A stretch of 64,000 nucleotides of DNA from assembly GCA_965207065.1 (NCBI GenBank), contig OZ242260.1:1152001-1216000 (forward strand), written 5' to 3'. This DNA is from a bacterium. Its GTDB lineage: Bacteria; UBA8248. Numbering within the stretch: position 1 is the first letter of the stretch; every line of letters begins with the position of its first letter. Under the pieces are notes generated by a model that searched no databases, was not told the origin of the DNA, and saw only the letters and a list, made by a program, of their open reading frames with translations. The translations under genes were made by a program, and so were the position numbers. Shown piece by piece: positions 21,601 to 31,800 of this stretch.

Positions 21601-22546
21601 AAAGGCCGCCCAAGGAATAGTACTGCTGATAGACGCGATGATCGGGCATAAGGCCCCTGTCTTCGGCGTAGAGCACGAAGACAAGCCGCATCAGCGTCGT
21701 AATCAGTCCGCCGTAAAGATGCTCGGGATTGCGGCGTGCCAGTTCGGTCACTTTTCCGCCGCCGCGCGCGTCTGCCGACACGAAGCCCCGTAGTAACTCA
21801 TGGAGCGCGGCAAGCACCTGCCGGGAAAGTCTCGTGGATACTTCGGCCTGTGCATCGCGACTTTTTGCCAGAAGCGCAGGTAATCTTGCCTCGGGTGGGC
21901 CAACGAAGAGAGCCTCCGCCGACAAGAGCATGTCGAAGGCGGCCAAGATCGGGCGGCCCGCTGGCAGAGCCATCTGCGAAAAATCAAAAGTCACATGCCC
22001 CGACGATTCGCCCTTGGGTGCGTAGATCAGACGGATGCGATCTTCGGTGCATAGCAGACCGACCGGAACGCCGGTCTCCCGCAGCAGCCGTTCGAAACGG
22101 GAGTGACGGGTCGCATTCCAGCCAGCGCCGTCTTCAGGAGGCTTGTCGAGATCGGCACCGCTGTCCTCTTTGCGGATGAGCATTGTCCAAGCTGTGTCTT
22201 CATCCGTTGGCACGGCCCAGGTGGGCGAGAGCTCGACTTGTAATTCAGGAATGGCGATTTCCAACTCATCCAGATGGCCTGTTGCATCCAGAAGGTCGCC
22301 TTCTTCCCAACCCAAATAGTCCAGAAACACACGCCGCAAGTCGGGCGCACAACTGCGGGCCGTGGCGCCGTTTCCGTTTTCCTCGAGTAGTACGCGAAAT
22401 TCGCGCTGACGCCCGGCAATGTTGCGGTCTGGCACGACCTGGGCGTCTACCATGACGTTCGGTGAGACCACGAGACCCACGGGTTGAACGAAACCCAGCC
22501 ATTCCTGGTGAGCGAATATCAAGTTTCTACGTTCGCGATCCGCCAT
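18602..22546 (-). CDS. drmMI: DISARM class I N6-adenine DNA methyltransferase
   Basis: GSHYTP, LDPATGSGAF (motif I) and IIGNPPF (motif IV); C-terminal MmeI-like recognition region; lies between drmD and drmA. Confidence 0.88.
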   Translation of the reverse strand: MADRERRNLIFAHQEWLGFVQPVGLVVSPNVMVDAQVVPDRNIAGRQREFRVLLEENGNGATARSCAPDLRRVFLDYLGWEEGDLLDATGHLDELEIAIPELQVELSPTWAVPTDEDTAWTMLIRKEDSGADLDKPPEDGAGWNATRHSRFERLLRETGVPVGLLCTEDRIRLIYAPKGESSGHVTFDFSQMALPAGRPILAAFDMLLSAEALFVGPPEARLPALLAKSRDAQAEVSTRLSRQVLAALHELLRGFVSADARGGGKVTELARRNPEHLYGGLITTLMRLVFVLYAEDRGLMPDHRVYQQYYSLGGLFARLRADAAAWPDTMDQRFGAWAQLLSLFRLIHGGGGHAGLSFVARQGTLFEPGRFPFLEGRGPDGEPDIPMVSDACVWKVLQSLMVLDGERLSYRTLDVEQIGSVYEAVMGFRVELTTGRSIAVTSPNRTGAAAIIDLDGLVALEDGKRAKALQDATDRKLTGNAVATLRSASTLADVVAALDRTIDRDATPDIVPAGTPILQPTDERRRSGSHYTPRSLTEPIVSEALRPVFERLGVNARPEDVLDLKVLDPATGSGAFLVEACRQLSARLVVAWNMHGGPTGLPADEDELLHARRLVAQRCLYGVDKNPMAIDLARLSLWLVTLARDHEFTFIDHALRHGDSLVGLTRNQIERFHWAAEAPSFQLGTETIEVRKHVERVSEMRQLIRELGEEASEHELRQFLDEAESELKNIHRFAGLVLTAFFEGAKPKERESNRLMYADMLLKEGPTAIASRAAAEPPVSPFHWELEFPEVFERENPGFDAIIGNPPFAGKNTIAASNPPAYPDWLKQLHTESHGNSDLVAHFFRRAFNLLRKEGAFGLIATNTIGQGDTRSTGLRWICKHRGHIFRAQRRLKWPGKAAVVVSVVHAAKGAYSGPNNLDGQDVKTISAFLFHSGGHDDPERLELNAGKSFQGSIVLGMGFTFDDTDSKEVATPLSEMHQLLEDNTRNRQVIFPYIGGEEVNTSPTHAHHRYVINFRDLPLRRADLSAVWRDADEDTRTNWQRYEVVPLEYQEPVAVDWPELLKIVEERVKGTRASHSTAPWWQFERLRPELYAAIEELSRVLVISRVGQQAAFAFLPAHMVYAESMIVFPFETYSAFCALQSRTHEIWARFFGSSLEDRLRYTPSDCFETFPFPEGWETHSSFEAAGKEYYEFRAELMVRNDEGLTKTYNRFHDPDERSQEIATLRAMHEEMDCTVLDAYGWSDIFTGCEFLLDYEIDEETWGRKKKPWRYRWPGSVRDEVLARLLALNAERAQEERLAKSRRPITEQSQEALL

Positions 22547-22549
22547 GAT

Positions 22550-25500
22550 TTATCCCGTCCGCGGCCAGAGATAGACCAGGCCGATCGGATCGACACGGAC
22601 GGCGCGCACCTTGTAGGTGTCAGCAATCCGGCGCGGCTCGGTTTCGAGTTCGAGTTCGATAGCTTCGAGGCGCCTTGCCCATGCTCTCCGGTCGGCTTCG
22701 CGCTGGCGCCGCTCAGCCGTATCGAGGTCGAGGAAGAGTTGCCCGTCGTCCTTCCCTGCGGCATCTGCGATCCTCTTCCGCTGGCGCTCGAGCAATTCAA
22801 TCATGCTGCGTCCTTCGGTGTCCGCCCGTTCAGCAAGTCGACTTTGCGCCTCCTTGGCCAAATCGGCCGCACGGCGCTGCAAATGCGGCAAGAGATCCGT
22901 GATATCGGCTTGTACCGAAGACGACAGAACTGTTTGGACCGGATCTGAAATGCTGTTCTGCCCCGCATCGTCGAGGGCCGTCTGAAGCGACGTAAGCGTC
23001 GCTTGTTCGGCTGTGCGACCGTAGGGCGCGAGTGGGCCCTCCCTCCGTTCCGGATCGAGCCAGCGCGCCGTCACAGGCACGAGTTCCTCGTGAAGACGCG
23101 CCGCGCGTGGTCCGTACACTGCGAGTCGGCCGAGCAGAACGACGCGCGGAACTGCATCGGGGGCCACGGTCAAACAGGCCTTGGACAGATCATGGTGGAT
23201 CAGGCCTTGCGCCGTGAACCTGCCGAGCAAGCGCCGGGCGACTCGATGTTCGAGATGCAGTTGTACGGCGTTATCCCCGAGCCTGCCGGTATCTTCGAAA
23301 GTAACGGGCCGAATGGCTGCTCGGCGGCGCCATTCGCCAAGTCTTTCCCCCTGTTTCCTGCGCACGCGCAAAGTATCGAGAGCCGCGTTCCAGCCAGGAT
23401 CACCCGTGATCGCATCTGACCCGGCCGGAAAGGAAAAGAGGTGTGGAGTATTGGGTTCTCGCTTCTCGGCGGAATCGAGCGCCGTTATTCCGTGGGCGCC
23501 TGCGAGACGCAGGCTCATCGACATGGTCTGGTGGAATTGTGAAGCGGTTAGCCCGATACGAGTGCGCGACCGTTCCAACCTGGTTCGAAGGCCATCGACT
23601 TCTTCCCGAAGCCTGTCCTGGCGATGGCGGGCGTCCTCCAGTTCGTCCTTGATAGTTCTCTGCGGCTCGCCGGGGGAGAAATTCTGGATGAAGGTCGTGA
23701 GTTCCTCGATGTTGTCGTGGCGCATGCCTTCCGCACGAAGGTCTTTCGTGAGAGGCCCCTCGAGAACCTTGGCGACGCTTCCCAGTTCTTCGCGGATGCG
23801 TTCGACCTTGTCTACCAATACTTGCAGAACGCGGTCCTCGTCGCGCTGGGTGAACACGAAATACCGGCAGAATACTTCGTCTGCGGGTTGAAGCTTACGG
23901 TCGATGCGTCCATTGCGCTGATCGAGACGGCTCGGGTTCCAAGGCAGGTCGAAATGGAAAAGGTCATGGCAATGGCGTTGGAGGTTGAGGCCCTCCCGCG
24001 CGGCATCGGTCGCAATGAGAATGCGAAGCGGATGATCGCTCGGCTCGGTGTTGAAAGCGTGCTTGATATCTTCACGGCGCTGGCGGGAGGTCATCCCCGA
24101 AAAAACGGCGATTCGCTCGTATGCCCTGTCGGAATGCGCGATCGCCTCGTTCAGACATCGTTGGAGCCAGTGGCGCGTGTCCTCCCATTCAGTGAAGATG
24201 AGAAGGCGGCGGTCATTCCATTTCACGGACGCGTCGCCACGGGCGGAGAAGAGAGGGCACATGTTGGCGTCGATCCATTCGATGATCTTGTGAACGCGCG
24301 GATCGGCGTCGTAGCGGCTCGCCTCGGCGACATCGCGCATCTCGTTCACAAGGGCGAGTTCGCGGACCAACGCCTCGCGCGTCTCCTTGCGGCTGGCATT
24401 AGTCGATGCCGCGGTTGCTGCCGTCATCAGATCGGCCAAATCGGATTCGAGTAAATCGGATTGTTCTTCATCTTCCGGCGCATGAGTTTCTTCGTCGACC
24501 TCTTGATCGTGATCGATCGTGCCGGCAAGTTCGGAGTCGGGTTCGATATCAACCGTCAAACGTTCAAGAGCCGCCTGCTGCACATGCGATATCGCAAGAG
24601 CTTCCGTAGCCTTCTCAAGTGAGCGTTCCACGCTCCTGCGATGAACCGCGAGCGTCTTCGCGAAAGCCTCGATGGATGACAGCAAGCGTTTTTGCAGCCC
24701 GCCGATCGCCAACGCCCCGGCGGTTTGTTGCGATCTTGACTCGTTCCTGAGTCTCATTTCCCGCTTGAGCCGGTAGGCATCCAGCAACCTCGGCAACACA
24801 AGTTCGGGCGCGTCTGGCGGTAGCCCGTCGATTTTGACCGGGTCCACGGTGCGCTTTGGGAAACCTCCTTCAAGTTCCCGGATGTCGGACTTGAGACGCC
24901 GGACCAGTACCTCGTCGAGTTGTCCCTTGAGCACGCGGACCCCACGGCAGAAACGTTGCGGGTCGAGAATTTCGAGCAGAGCGGAGAAACTGTTGGAATG
25001 CCCGTTATGCGGTGTCGCCGAAAGGAAAAGGCGATGCTCAAAACGAGGCGCGATATCGCGCACGGCGCGCGTGATCTGCGAATCGATCGCGTAGCGTGCG
25101 CCGCTCGCAGGGGCGGCGTTGTGCGCCTCGTCGAGGATCAGAAGCGATTGGGGAGCGAACTCGCCGAGCCAATCGCGCAGGCCTGAAGCGTAGGCCTCGT
25201 CAATGAGAAGGCGATGGGAAATCAGAAATCGCGAGTGGGTGGTCCATGGATTGACCGAAAATCCGCGTTCGCGGCGCATCCGCGTCACATAGGACCGGTC
25301 GAGAATGGCGAATGTAAAGCCAAATCGGGCTTCCATCTCGTCCTGCCACTGGTCGAGCATCGCGGGCGGACACGCGACCACAATCCGGTCGATGCGGCGG
25401 CGCAACAGCAGTTCTCGAGCAATCAACCCGGCCTCGATGGTCTTGCCGAGACCAACGTCGTCGGCGATGAAAAGATTGACGCGCGGCAACCTGAGCGCCT

Positions 25501-25864
25501 TGCGCAGTGGGTCGAGCTGGTAGGCGTCGATACGAATGCCAGCTCGGAACGGCGCCTGGAAGAGGTTCGGGTCTGTTGCTGTCACGCAATTCCAAGACAG
25601 CGTTCGGAGATACGCCGCGAATAGTGCGGGATCGTCGAAGCCCTTCTCGGCGACAGAGGACCAACCGTCGTCCTCAAGCACACGGGCGTCGAGCTCATGT
25701 TCCCACAAGACCGACAACGGCTCTCCCTGCGCGTCGTCGTCGAGGCAAGATAGATCGACTAGCGTCGCTTCGGCAGGTGATGGAGGCGCCGTCACATTCT
25801 CCACGAGATATCGGCGCTGCCGGACCAGCGCGATCCGGCCGGGTTCTGGAGATAAAAGCGTCAT
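22550..25864 (-). CDS. drmD: DISARM SNF2-like helicase
   Basis: ADDVGLGKT, ILDEAH, LSATPHNG, ATDAAREGLNLQ and QRNGRIDR. Confidence 0.92.
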   Translation of the reverse strand: MTLLSPEPGRIALVRQRRYLVENVTAPPSPAEATLVDLSCLDDDAQGEPLSVLWEHELDARVLEDDGWSSVAEKGFDDPALFAAYLRTLSWNCVTATDPNLFQAPFRAGIRIDAYQLDPLRKALRLPRVNLFIADDVGLGKTIEAGLIARELLLRRRIDRIVVACPPAMLDQWQDEMEARFGFTFAILDRSYVTRMRRERGFSVNPWTTHSRFLISHRLLIDEAYASGLRDWLGEFAPQSLLILDEAHNAAPASGARYAIDSQITRAVRDIAPRFEHRLFLSATPHNGHSNSFSALLEILDPQRFCRGVRVLKGQLDEVLVRRLKSDIRELEGGFPKRTVDPVKIDGLPPDAPELVLPRLLDAYRLKREMRLRNESRSQQTAGALAIGGLQKRLLSSIEAFAKTLAVHRRSVERSLEKATEALAISHVQQAALERLTVDIEPDSELAGTIDHDQEVDEETHAPEDEEQSDLLESDLADLMTAATAASTNASRKETREALVRELALVNEMRDVAEASRYDADPRVHKIIEWIDANMCPLFSARGDASVKWNDRRLLIFTEWEDTRHWLQRCLNEAIAHSDRAYERIAVFSGMTSRQRREDIKHAFNTEPSDHPLRILIATDAAREGLNLQRHCHDLFHFDLPWNPSRLDQRNGRIDRKLQPADEVFCRYFVFTQRDEDRVLQVLVDKVERIREELGSVAKVLEGPLTKDLRAEGMRHDNIEELTTFIQNFSPGEPQRTIKDELEDARHRQDRLREEVDGLRTRLERSRTRIGLTASQFHQTMSMSLRLAGAHGITALDSAEKREPNTPHLFSFPAGSDAITGDPGWNAALDTLRVRRKQGERLGEWRRRAAIRPVTFEDTGRLGDNAVQLHLEHRVARRLLGRFTAQGLIHHDLSKACLTVAPDAVPRVVLLGRLAVYGPRAARLHEELVPVTARWLDPERREGPLAPYGRTAEQATLTSLQTALDDAGQNSISDPVQTVLSSSVQADITDLLPHLQRRAADLAKEAQSRLAERADTEGRSMIELLERQRKRIADAAGKDDGQLFLDLDTAERRQREADRRAWARRLEAIELELETEPRRIADTYKVRAVRVDPIGLVYLWPRTG

Positions 25865-26236
25865 ATACTCAACTCGTTGGATCGGGCTTCAGACTTTGCG
25901 CACCGAAAGCTCGTTTCCGCCAAACTGCGGACGAAATGTCGCTCGCCTGAGAGCAGGCGGGAGCTTGTAAGGAGGCCTAACAGTTCGCTTCGTCTTGGAA
26001 TTATGGGGGTGAGACACAGATGGAGTGTTGTTCTGCGTGCGAGCGCAGATGGACTTGCCATGGATGGGTCCTCTTGCTCGACGCGTTAGCCCCCAGCGGT
26101 AGCGAAGCCGCGCCTCGTGTAACGAGCGAGTGGGAAACAATACTTTATGCTACGCGATATCCCGTCGGGCCTTCAAGCCCGATAGAAGACGGTCCAACGG
26201 CATCCTAAAGAGGACGAGCCGAGGCGCGAGCGGGGA

Positions 26237-26436
26237 CGGCGGAAGGGCGTCCAAGAGAGGACGTTAACCACCTCCATCATCCACTCGCTGCAAGTTGGCG
26301 CACGATGCGGACGATCTATAGCGAGTCGAACACCTTACTCACTCACACCATCGGCCGGGACTGGAGGATACGCGCTACGCCGTGGAACGATTCAAATTCA
26401 CTGCCGATAGCAACATCCGCCCATCCCCGCAGAGGG
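26237..26436 (+). pseudogene. Decayed inverted copy of the 39383..39697 gene and its upstream region
   Basis: MRTIYSESNTLLTHTIGR/LEDTRYAVERFK (frameshifted) versus MRTTMREANTFLTHTFGRGLEDTRYAVERFK; shared upstream GGCGGAAGGGCGTCC..GAGAGGACGTT. Confidence 0.8.
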
Positions 26437-26476
26437 ATCCGCAACAGGTGAATATATGGCGAGTGGCGTTGTGAAG

Positions 26477-27808
26477 CTAGAAGATGTCCTCGTCCTCAGT
26501 CGTTGCTTCTAAAATCTCGGCGATGTCCTCAAGCAAATCGTTCGGCGACTCTACATTACCCTCAAGAGGAATGAAGTTTGGATGTGATAAAAATTCCTCG
26601 GCAGCGGCATGGGTCAAAACCAGGGAAATCCGTCGGCTGAGGTCTTCGCCTACGCGCATATTGCGAGGAATGATCGGCTTTTGCCGCTCAATGCCTGGAA
26701 GCGTGACAAAGCAAACGTTAGGCGTTAGCGGCACGATCAACCGCATTCCCTCCTTCGTGGTAGCCCGTGTGCAAAAGGTGTCGGGCAGGACGAACACCGG
26801 ATGATCGGAACGCACGATCGCCCAAGGGCTCCACATCAATGGAGCCGCAATTCGATCATAGAACTCGTTATTACGATACAGGGATTCATAGGCCTTGGGA
26901 GGCATCTCGGGATCGTCGCCGTGGCCAAGTTCGGCAATCACAGGCGCAATAGCATCTTGAATCGCTGCGATTGTGTAGGGGTTGCGCAGGATATGGATGA
27001 CAAGAAACCCGATAAGAGCTTCCCGCTGAGGTGAGTTGAGGGGGTGTGTCTTGAGCAGCATTTCAATCGGGCTCTTGGCGTCACCTTCAAGCAGGCTGAA
27101 ATAGGCCTCCAGCGGATCGCTGTAGAGTTTGGGGAGATGGCCCCATTGGCTGAATTCACGTCTGAACGACATCCAGCCGTCAGGTGTTCGTCGCCACCGA
27201 AGTACCTTATCGTTGGTTGCCCAGTGGTCACGGATGAACCAGCGCGATATAAAATGGTTCTTGCCGACTGGCTTGATTGGGAGCTTTGCTAGTTTAGGGT
27301 TCGCCTCACGTTCGATCGCCTTTGCCGACTTAGGTTTCCATCGCTCCTCCAAGCGTCTCGACCAGATACGCTCATGGACCATCCGGGCCATGCCGCGAAT
27401 GATGTCTGCGCCTTCCGAACCCAGACATTCCTCACGCTCCTGTTCAGGATCGATGGATGACAATTCTCGGCCGGTGACCCGCTTCTCGACGACCCGCTCA
27501 GCCAACCAGAACTGAAGCTGGACAAGTTCCATCACCATGTCCTCACGGACGTTGATGTGCAGTTCGACTTTATTGGCTTCGGACAGCATCATCATTTCAA
27601 TGATGACCCGATCAACGATTTCGTCCCAGACCGCTGTCAAAGCATCAATCAAATGGTGTTCGAGTTCGGGAAACAGCTTCCGGACCACCGTGCCGGAAAT
27701 CCAGCTTTTCTCTGAGCAACGTTTCATCCTTAATCCATAACTGTAGTGGCTTGAGACCATCCGAGTTTGTGCGTGCGATAATCGGCGTTGTTGATTTAGG
27801 TTATTCAC
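26477..27808 (-). CDS. DUF4238-domain protein (putative defence); true start uncertain
   Basis: NHFISRWFI motif, LEAYFSLLEG and FVLPD..VPLTPNVC resemble DUF4238. Confidence 0.6.
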   Translation of the reverse strand: MNNLNQQRRLSHAQTRMVSSHYSYGLRMKRCSEKSWISGTVVRKLFPELEHHLIDALTAVWDEIVDRVIIEMMMLSEANKVELHINVREDMVMELVQLQFWLAERVVEKRVTGRELSSIDPEQEREECLGSEGADIIRGMARMVHERIWSRRLEERWKPKSAKAIEREANPKLAKLPIKPVGKNHFISRWFIRDHWATNDKVLRWRRTPDGWMSFRREFSQWGHLPKLYSDPLEAYFSLLEGDAKSPIEMLLKTHPLNSPQREALIGFLVIHILRNPYTIAAIQDAIAPVIAELGHGDDPEMPPKAYESLYRNNEFYDRIAAPLMWSPWAIVRSDHPVFVLPDTFCTRATTKEGMRLIVPLTPNVCFVTLPGIERQKPIIPRNMRVGEDLSRRISLVLTHAAAEEFLSHPNFIPLEGNVESPNDLLEDIAEILEATTEDEDIF

Positions 27809-27817
27809 GGTTGCCGG

Positions 27818-28000
27818 TCAAGCCTCGCTCCAGATCGTCTCTGTCGTTCCGCACTTCTGGCACTCGCGGAAATACGCCCCCCTCCTTGTTGTGAACCCGA
27901 ATCCCTTCGCCCCGGCGTTCCTAGGTTCCGCACGCAGAACACACCATGGCATCGTTGTGTTTCCTCCACACGCACCGCACCGCCAGTAGTAGCCGAACAT
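27818..28000 (-). pseudogene. Zn-finger C-terminal gene remnant
   Basis: GYYWRCGACG..RECQKCG; appears frameshifted and lacks an N-terminus. Confidence 0.35.
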
Positions 28001-28850
28001 GCCCCATCGCGCGGCCTCGATGTTCGCTCTCGTCTACGTTAGCAGGCGATTTGATGCTCAGCTCCAGCGGTGCTTACCTGCTGGCATGCGCGCGTCAGTC
28101 CGCCACGTAGTCGCTGTTGTGCCGTAGTGCTTGCTAGGGTGAGCTCCGTGCGACGAACTTGATCACATCCCCATCCGAATTTCCGCTGTCCGAACCTCGA
28201 TGCTTGATGACGCCGCAGTGAAAACCGCTTCTACCACAGAGGCTGCTCCGATCTCTGCCGCGCTGAGCGGCAACCCGGTGCCATCCGCCCGCCATACCTG
28301 CGCACGCATCGCGGAGAGGCGGAGCCGGGCCGAGCAACGGTAGGGGTTGTTCGATGAGGTAATGCTTTTCTCGCGGCTTTCATGAGTTGGACTATCGCAC
28401 ATTTCTGGGTGCAATTCCCACAAGTTCGGGTTTCTACGTGTGGGGAATCCCCTCCCCCTTTTTGAGAGGGAGTCTAGGAAGTCGAGTCTTCGCAGAAAAG
28501 GGCCATTGAATAACTTGGTTGCGATAGCGGGCGTATGGAGGACCATGTGTCGGTCCACAAGCATGTTGGCGTATGTGAGCATGAATAACATTTAGCGGCT
28601 CTCTTCGCGCAATCTTGGTCCTAGCGCTTACCGAGGGCCTTCAGATGATTGGTTAACCATTGCGTTACTCTCAGATATAAACTATCGCTCGTAACGCTCA
28701 TATCGCGCGGGGCTTTATGCAGGCATCAGCTGCACTTTTCGGGGAAAGCATTGATGAAGGTTTGAAAATCGTAGTATAGCCAAGCTGAGTTATCATTTTG
28801 CTGCTAAATCTTAGCGCTACAAATAAACCCCGACGACCATAGAGTACACG

Positions 28851-31800
28851 ATGTCTACACGGGATGAATTTTTACCGACAACAAAGGCGCTGCTGGCACA
28901 ACAAGCTGGCTATCTGTGTTCCCACCCCGAATGCCGACGTCTTACCATTGGGCCCAATGAATCCGGTGATGGCGTAATCAATATCGGTGAGGCGGCCCAT
29001 ATCACGGCCGCAGCTAAAGGCGGGCCGCGCTACGATCCCAATCTCTCCTCTGAGGAACGCAAAAGCTTAGTTAATGGCATTTGGTTGTGTCGCAACCATG
29101 CTAAGGAAGTGGACTCAGATCAGGAACAATACACGATCAAGACTTTGCGGGAGTGGAAAAACACGGCGAACAATAAAGCTTTCGATGCGCGAACGACGGG
29201 TAAACTCCCAATACCGCAAGGAATGGTAGCCGTAGGTACTGAAATTATTGAACTGTTAGGGATTAGAGATACCGACGTCGAGAAACTTATCGAGCGGATG
29301 AAAAAAGCTGCGCAAAACGATATCGATAAGTTCAAAGCTTTGCCAGGCTGGCCGATCCATGCTGTCGCGCTAAGCATGCAAACAGTGGGAAGTGAAGCGC
29401 CGACGTTCGATGCAGCCGCGTTAGCAAGAGCAATCGCAGCAAGCGGTGAGGCTACTATCGTCGCACCACCAGGCACAGGAAAATCAACAACTTGTATTCA
29501 GATCGTCGAAGCACTCCTCTGTCAAAACGATATTGTCTCAGTCCTTATTCCGCTCAATGAGTGGTCTGCCCAGCCCCATGGTTTTCTCGTATCGCTTTCT
29601 CACCGTGCACCGTTTAACGGAATCAGAGAGCAAGATTTTCAGGCGGCTGCCGCCCGTGGGAGTCTGGCAATAGTCCTCGATGCTTGGAACGAGCTTGATC
29701 CGACATCACGTAGGAAAGCGGCGGCGGAGATTGATCGTCTACGCCGAGATTTGCCTCTCCTCCAAATTATCGTCAGTACGCGGCGACAGTTAATTGATGT
29801 ACCGCTGAACGGGCCTGTCGTTGAAATTCAGCCCCTGTCTGAAAAGCAGCAAATTGAAATCGCACGTGCAGTTAGCGGAGATGTAGGCGAAAAATTGCTC
29901 AATCGGGCGTGGCAAGAGGAAGGATTGCGCGAATTGGTATCGATCCCGCTTTACCTTACAGCCCTTCTCCAAGTACGGCACGATTCCCTACCTGACTCCA
30001 AAGAGGAAGTCCTTACCCTGTTCATCGCAGCCAGCGAGAAAAGCAGCGCTGAAGCCCTTAGAGACGGACTCTATGGTCTACACGGAGATATCTTATGCGG
30101 CTTGGCTGTTGAGGCGACTGTTGCAGCCAATACTGCTATTTCGGATGCACGCTCCCGAACGATTGTTGCCGAAGTGGAGGTCCGACTTAAGTCAGCCGGG
30201 CAAATCACTGAACAGCCGCAACCTGCTGTGGTTCTAGAATTACTTGTGAATCACCATGTGTTGATGAGAATTGGAGGATCGGGCGGCGTTTCGTTTCAGC
30301 ATGAACAGATTCAGGAATGGTATGCCTCCCTCAAAGTGGAAGACCTCATGCGATCTGCTACGGAAGGTACACTAGAAGCGCGGGCGAAGCTGCGCAGGGA
30401 TATCCTGAATAATGTCGCTTGGGAAGAGGCTATCCTTTTCGCGTGCGAAAGGCTCTCGCGTGCGGACAAAGCGGAAATAGCTGCCGCGGCTATCCTTGAC
30501 GCGCTCTACGTTGATCCCATGCTCGCCGCCGAGATGATTTTCCGCTCTTCCGACAATGTTTGGGCGGAAATAAGTCGCTCCGTCCAAGAGTTTATAGATC
30601 GCTGGCACGTTCCCGGCACGGTCGATCGGGCTTTGCGATTCATGATTGCTTCAGGCCGCGCCGAATTCTTCGATAGTGTATGGCCGCTCATTACACATGA
30701 TGATGACCAAGTAAGCCTTTCAGCACTGTGCGCAGCTCCTCGCTTCCGGCCGACGATACTTGGAAGCGATGCACCAGAGCGAATTGCGACTTTACAGCCG
30801 GACATACGCCGTAACGTTCTACATGAAATCGCATTCAACAGCGGGGTAGATGGCCTAGATCTCGCGGCTTCCGTGGCACAAGTTGACCTTGATCCCGAGG
30901 TGAAGGCCGCTGTGATCGATGCCTTCGCGTTTCGTCGTGCCGATCGCCACATAGCTGAGGTGCTGCACGGCGCTGATGAAAAGACTTTCGATTTGGTAGC
31001 CCGTCGGGATCTGATCGATAGGACAACCGACGAATACGTCAAGAAAGGTCTCGATGCCGCCCGCGAACGCCAACGGACTAAAGGCATTTCAACTTATGAT
31101 CGATTGCGCGCCATCGTCTATGGGCACGACGATGAAGACCACAGCAGTGTACTGACATCAATCATCAAGGAATTGCAGATCGACGATTATCTAGACGCGG
31201 CAGTCCAACTTATTTACCAAGCGCGCGCGCGATACTCGCGGGCCATTGCTGATGGTCTTTTGCAGCGGTTACGCGCAGGCCGAACATTATTCTACGGTGC
31301 ACATGACATTTTAGCGGCTGCGGAACTTAGTTTGGAAGACGAAGAACTGCTTGAAATAGCTGTCGCCAAGAACCAACACCATGACCGCCAAGCGGAAGCC
31401 GCCGCTTCCGTCCTAGGACCGCAGGCTATAGGTCGCATGATCGAAGTACTTCTTAAAACAAAGAGCCGAGTTCGCGACACGAACGGAAGATATGACCAAG
31501 TGGCAAGCGATCACTATCACGGTTTGCTAAGACGAATTGCGCACACACAAACCACAGGCTTGGTTACCGCGGTCCGTAACCGATCCGCAAAGGCGGGTAA
31601 TGAAGAAATGGCGGACTTGGCAGACTTGATATCGCGTCATCTAAGTGAAGAGAAACTTCGTAGCATTTCGTTTGATGATCATTTGCATGACGCGATCGTT
31701 GAACTCGCAGAAGATTGGGGGGTGCGGATGCTGTCCTCCGGCGACGATGTGACTCGTTCGCAACTATCTTCGATTGTGAGATTGGCCAGCCGTGCCCCAT

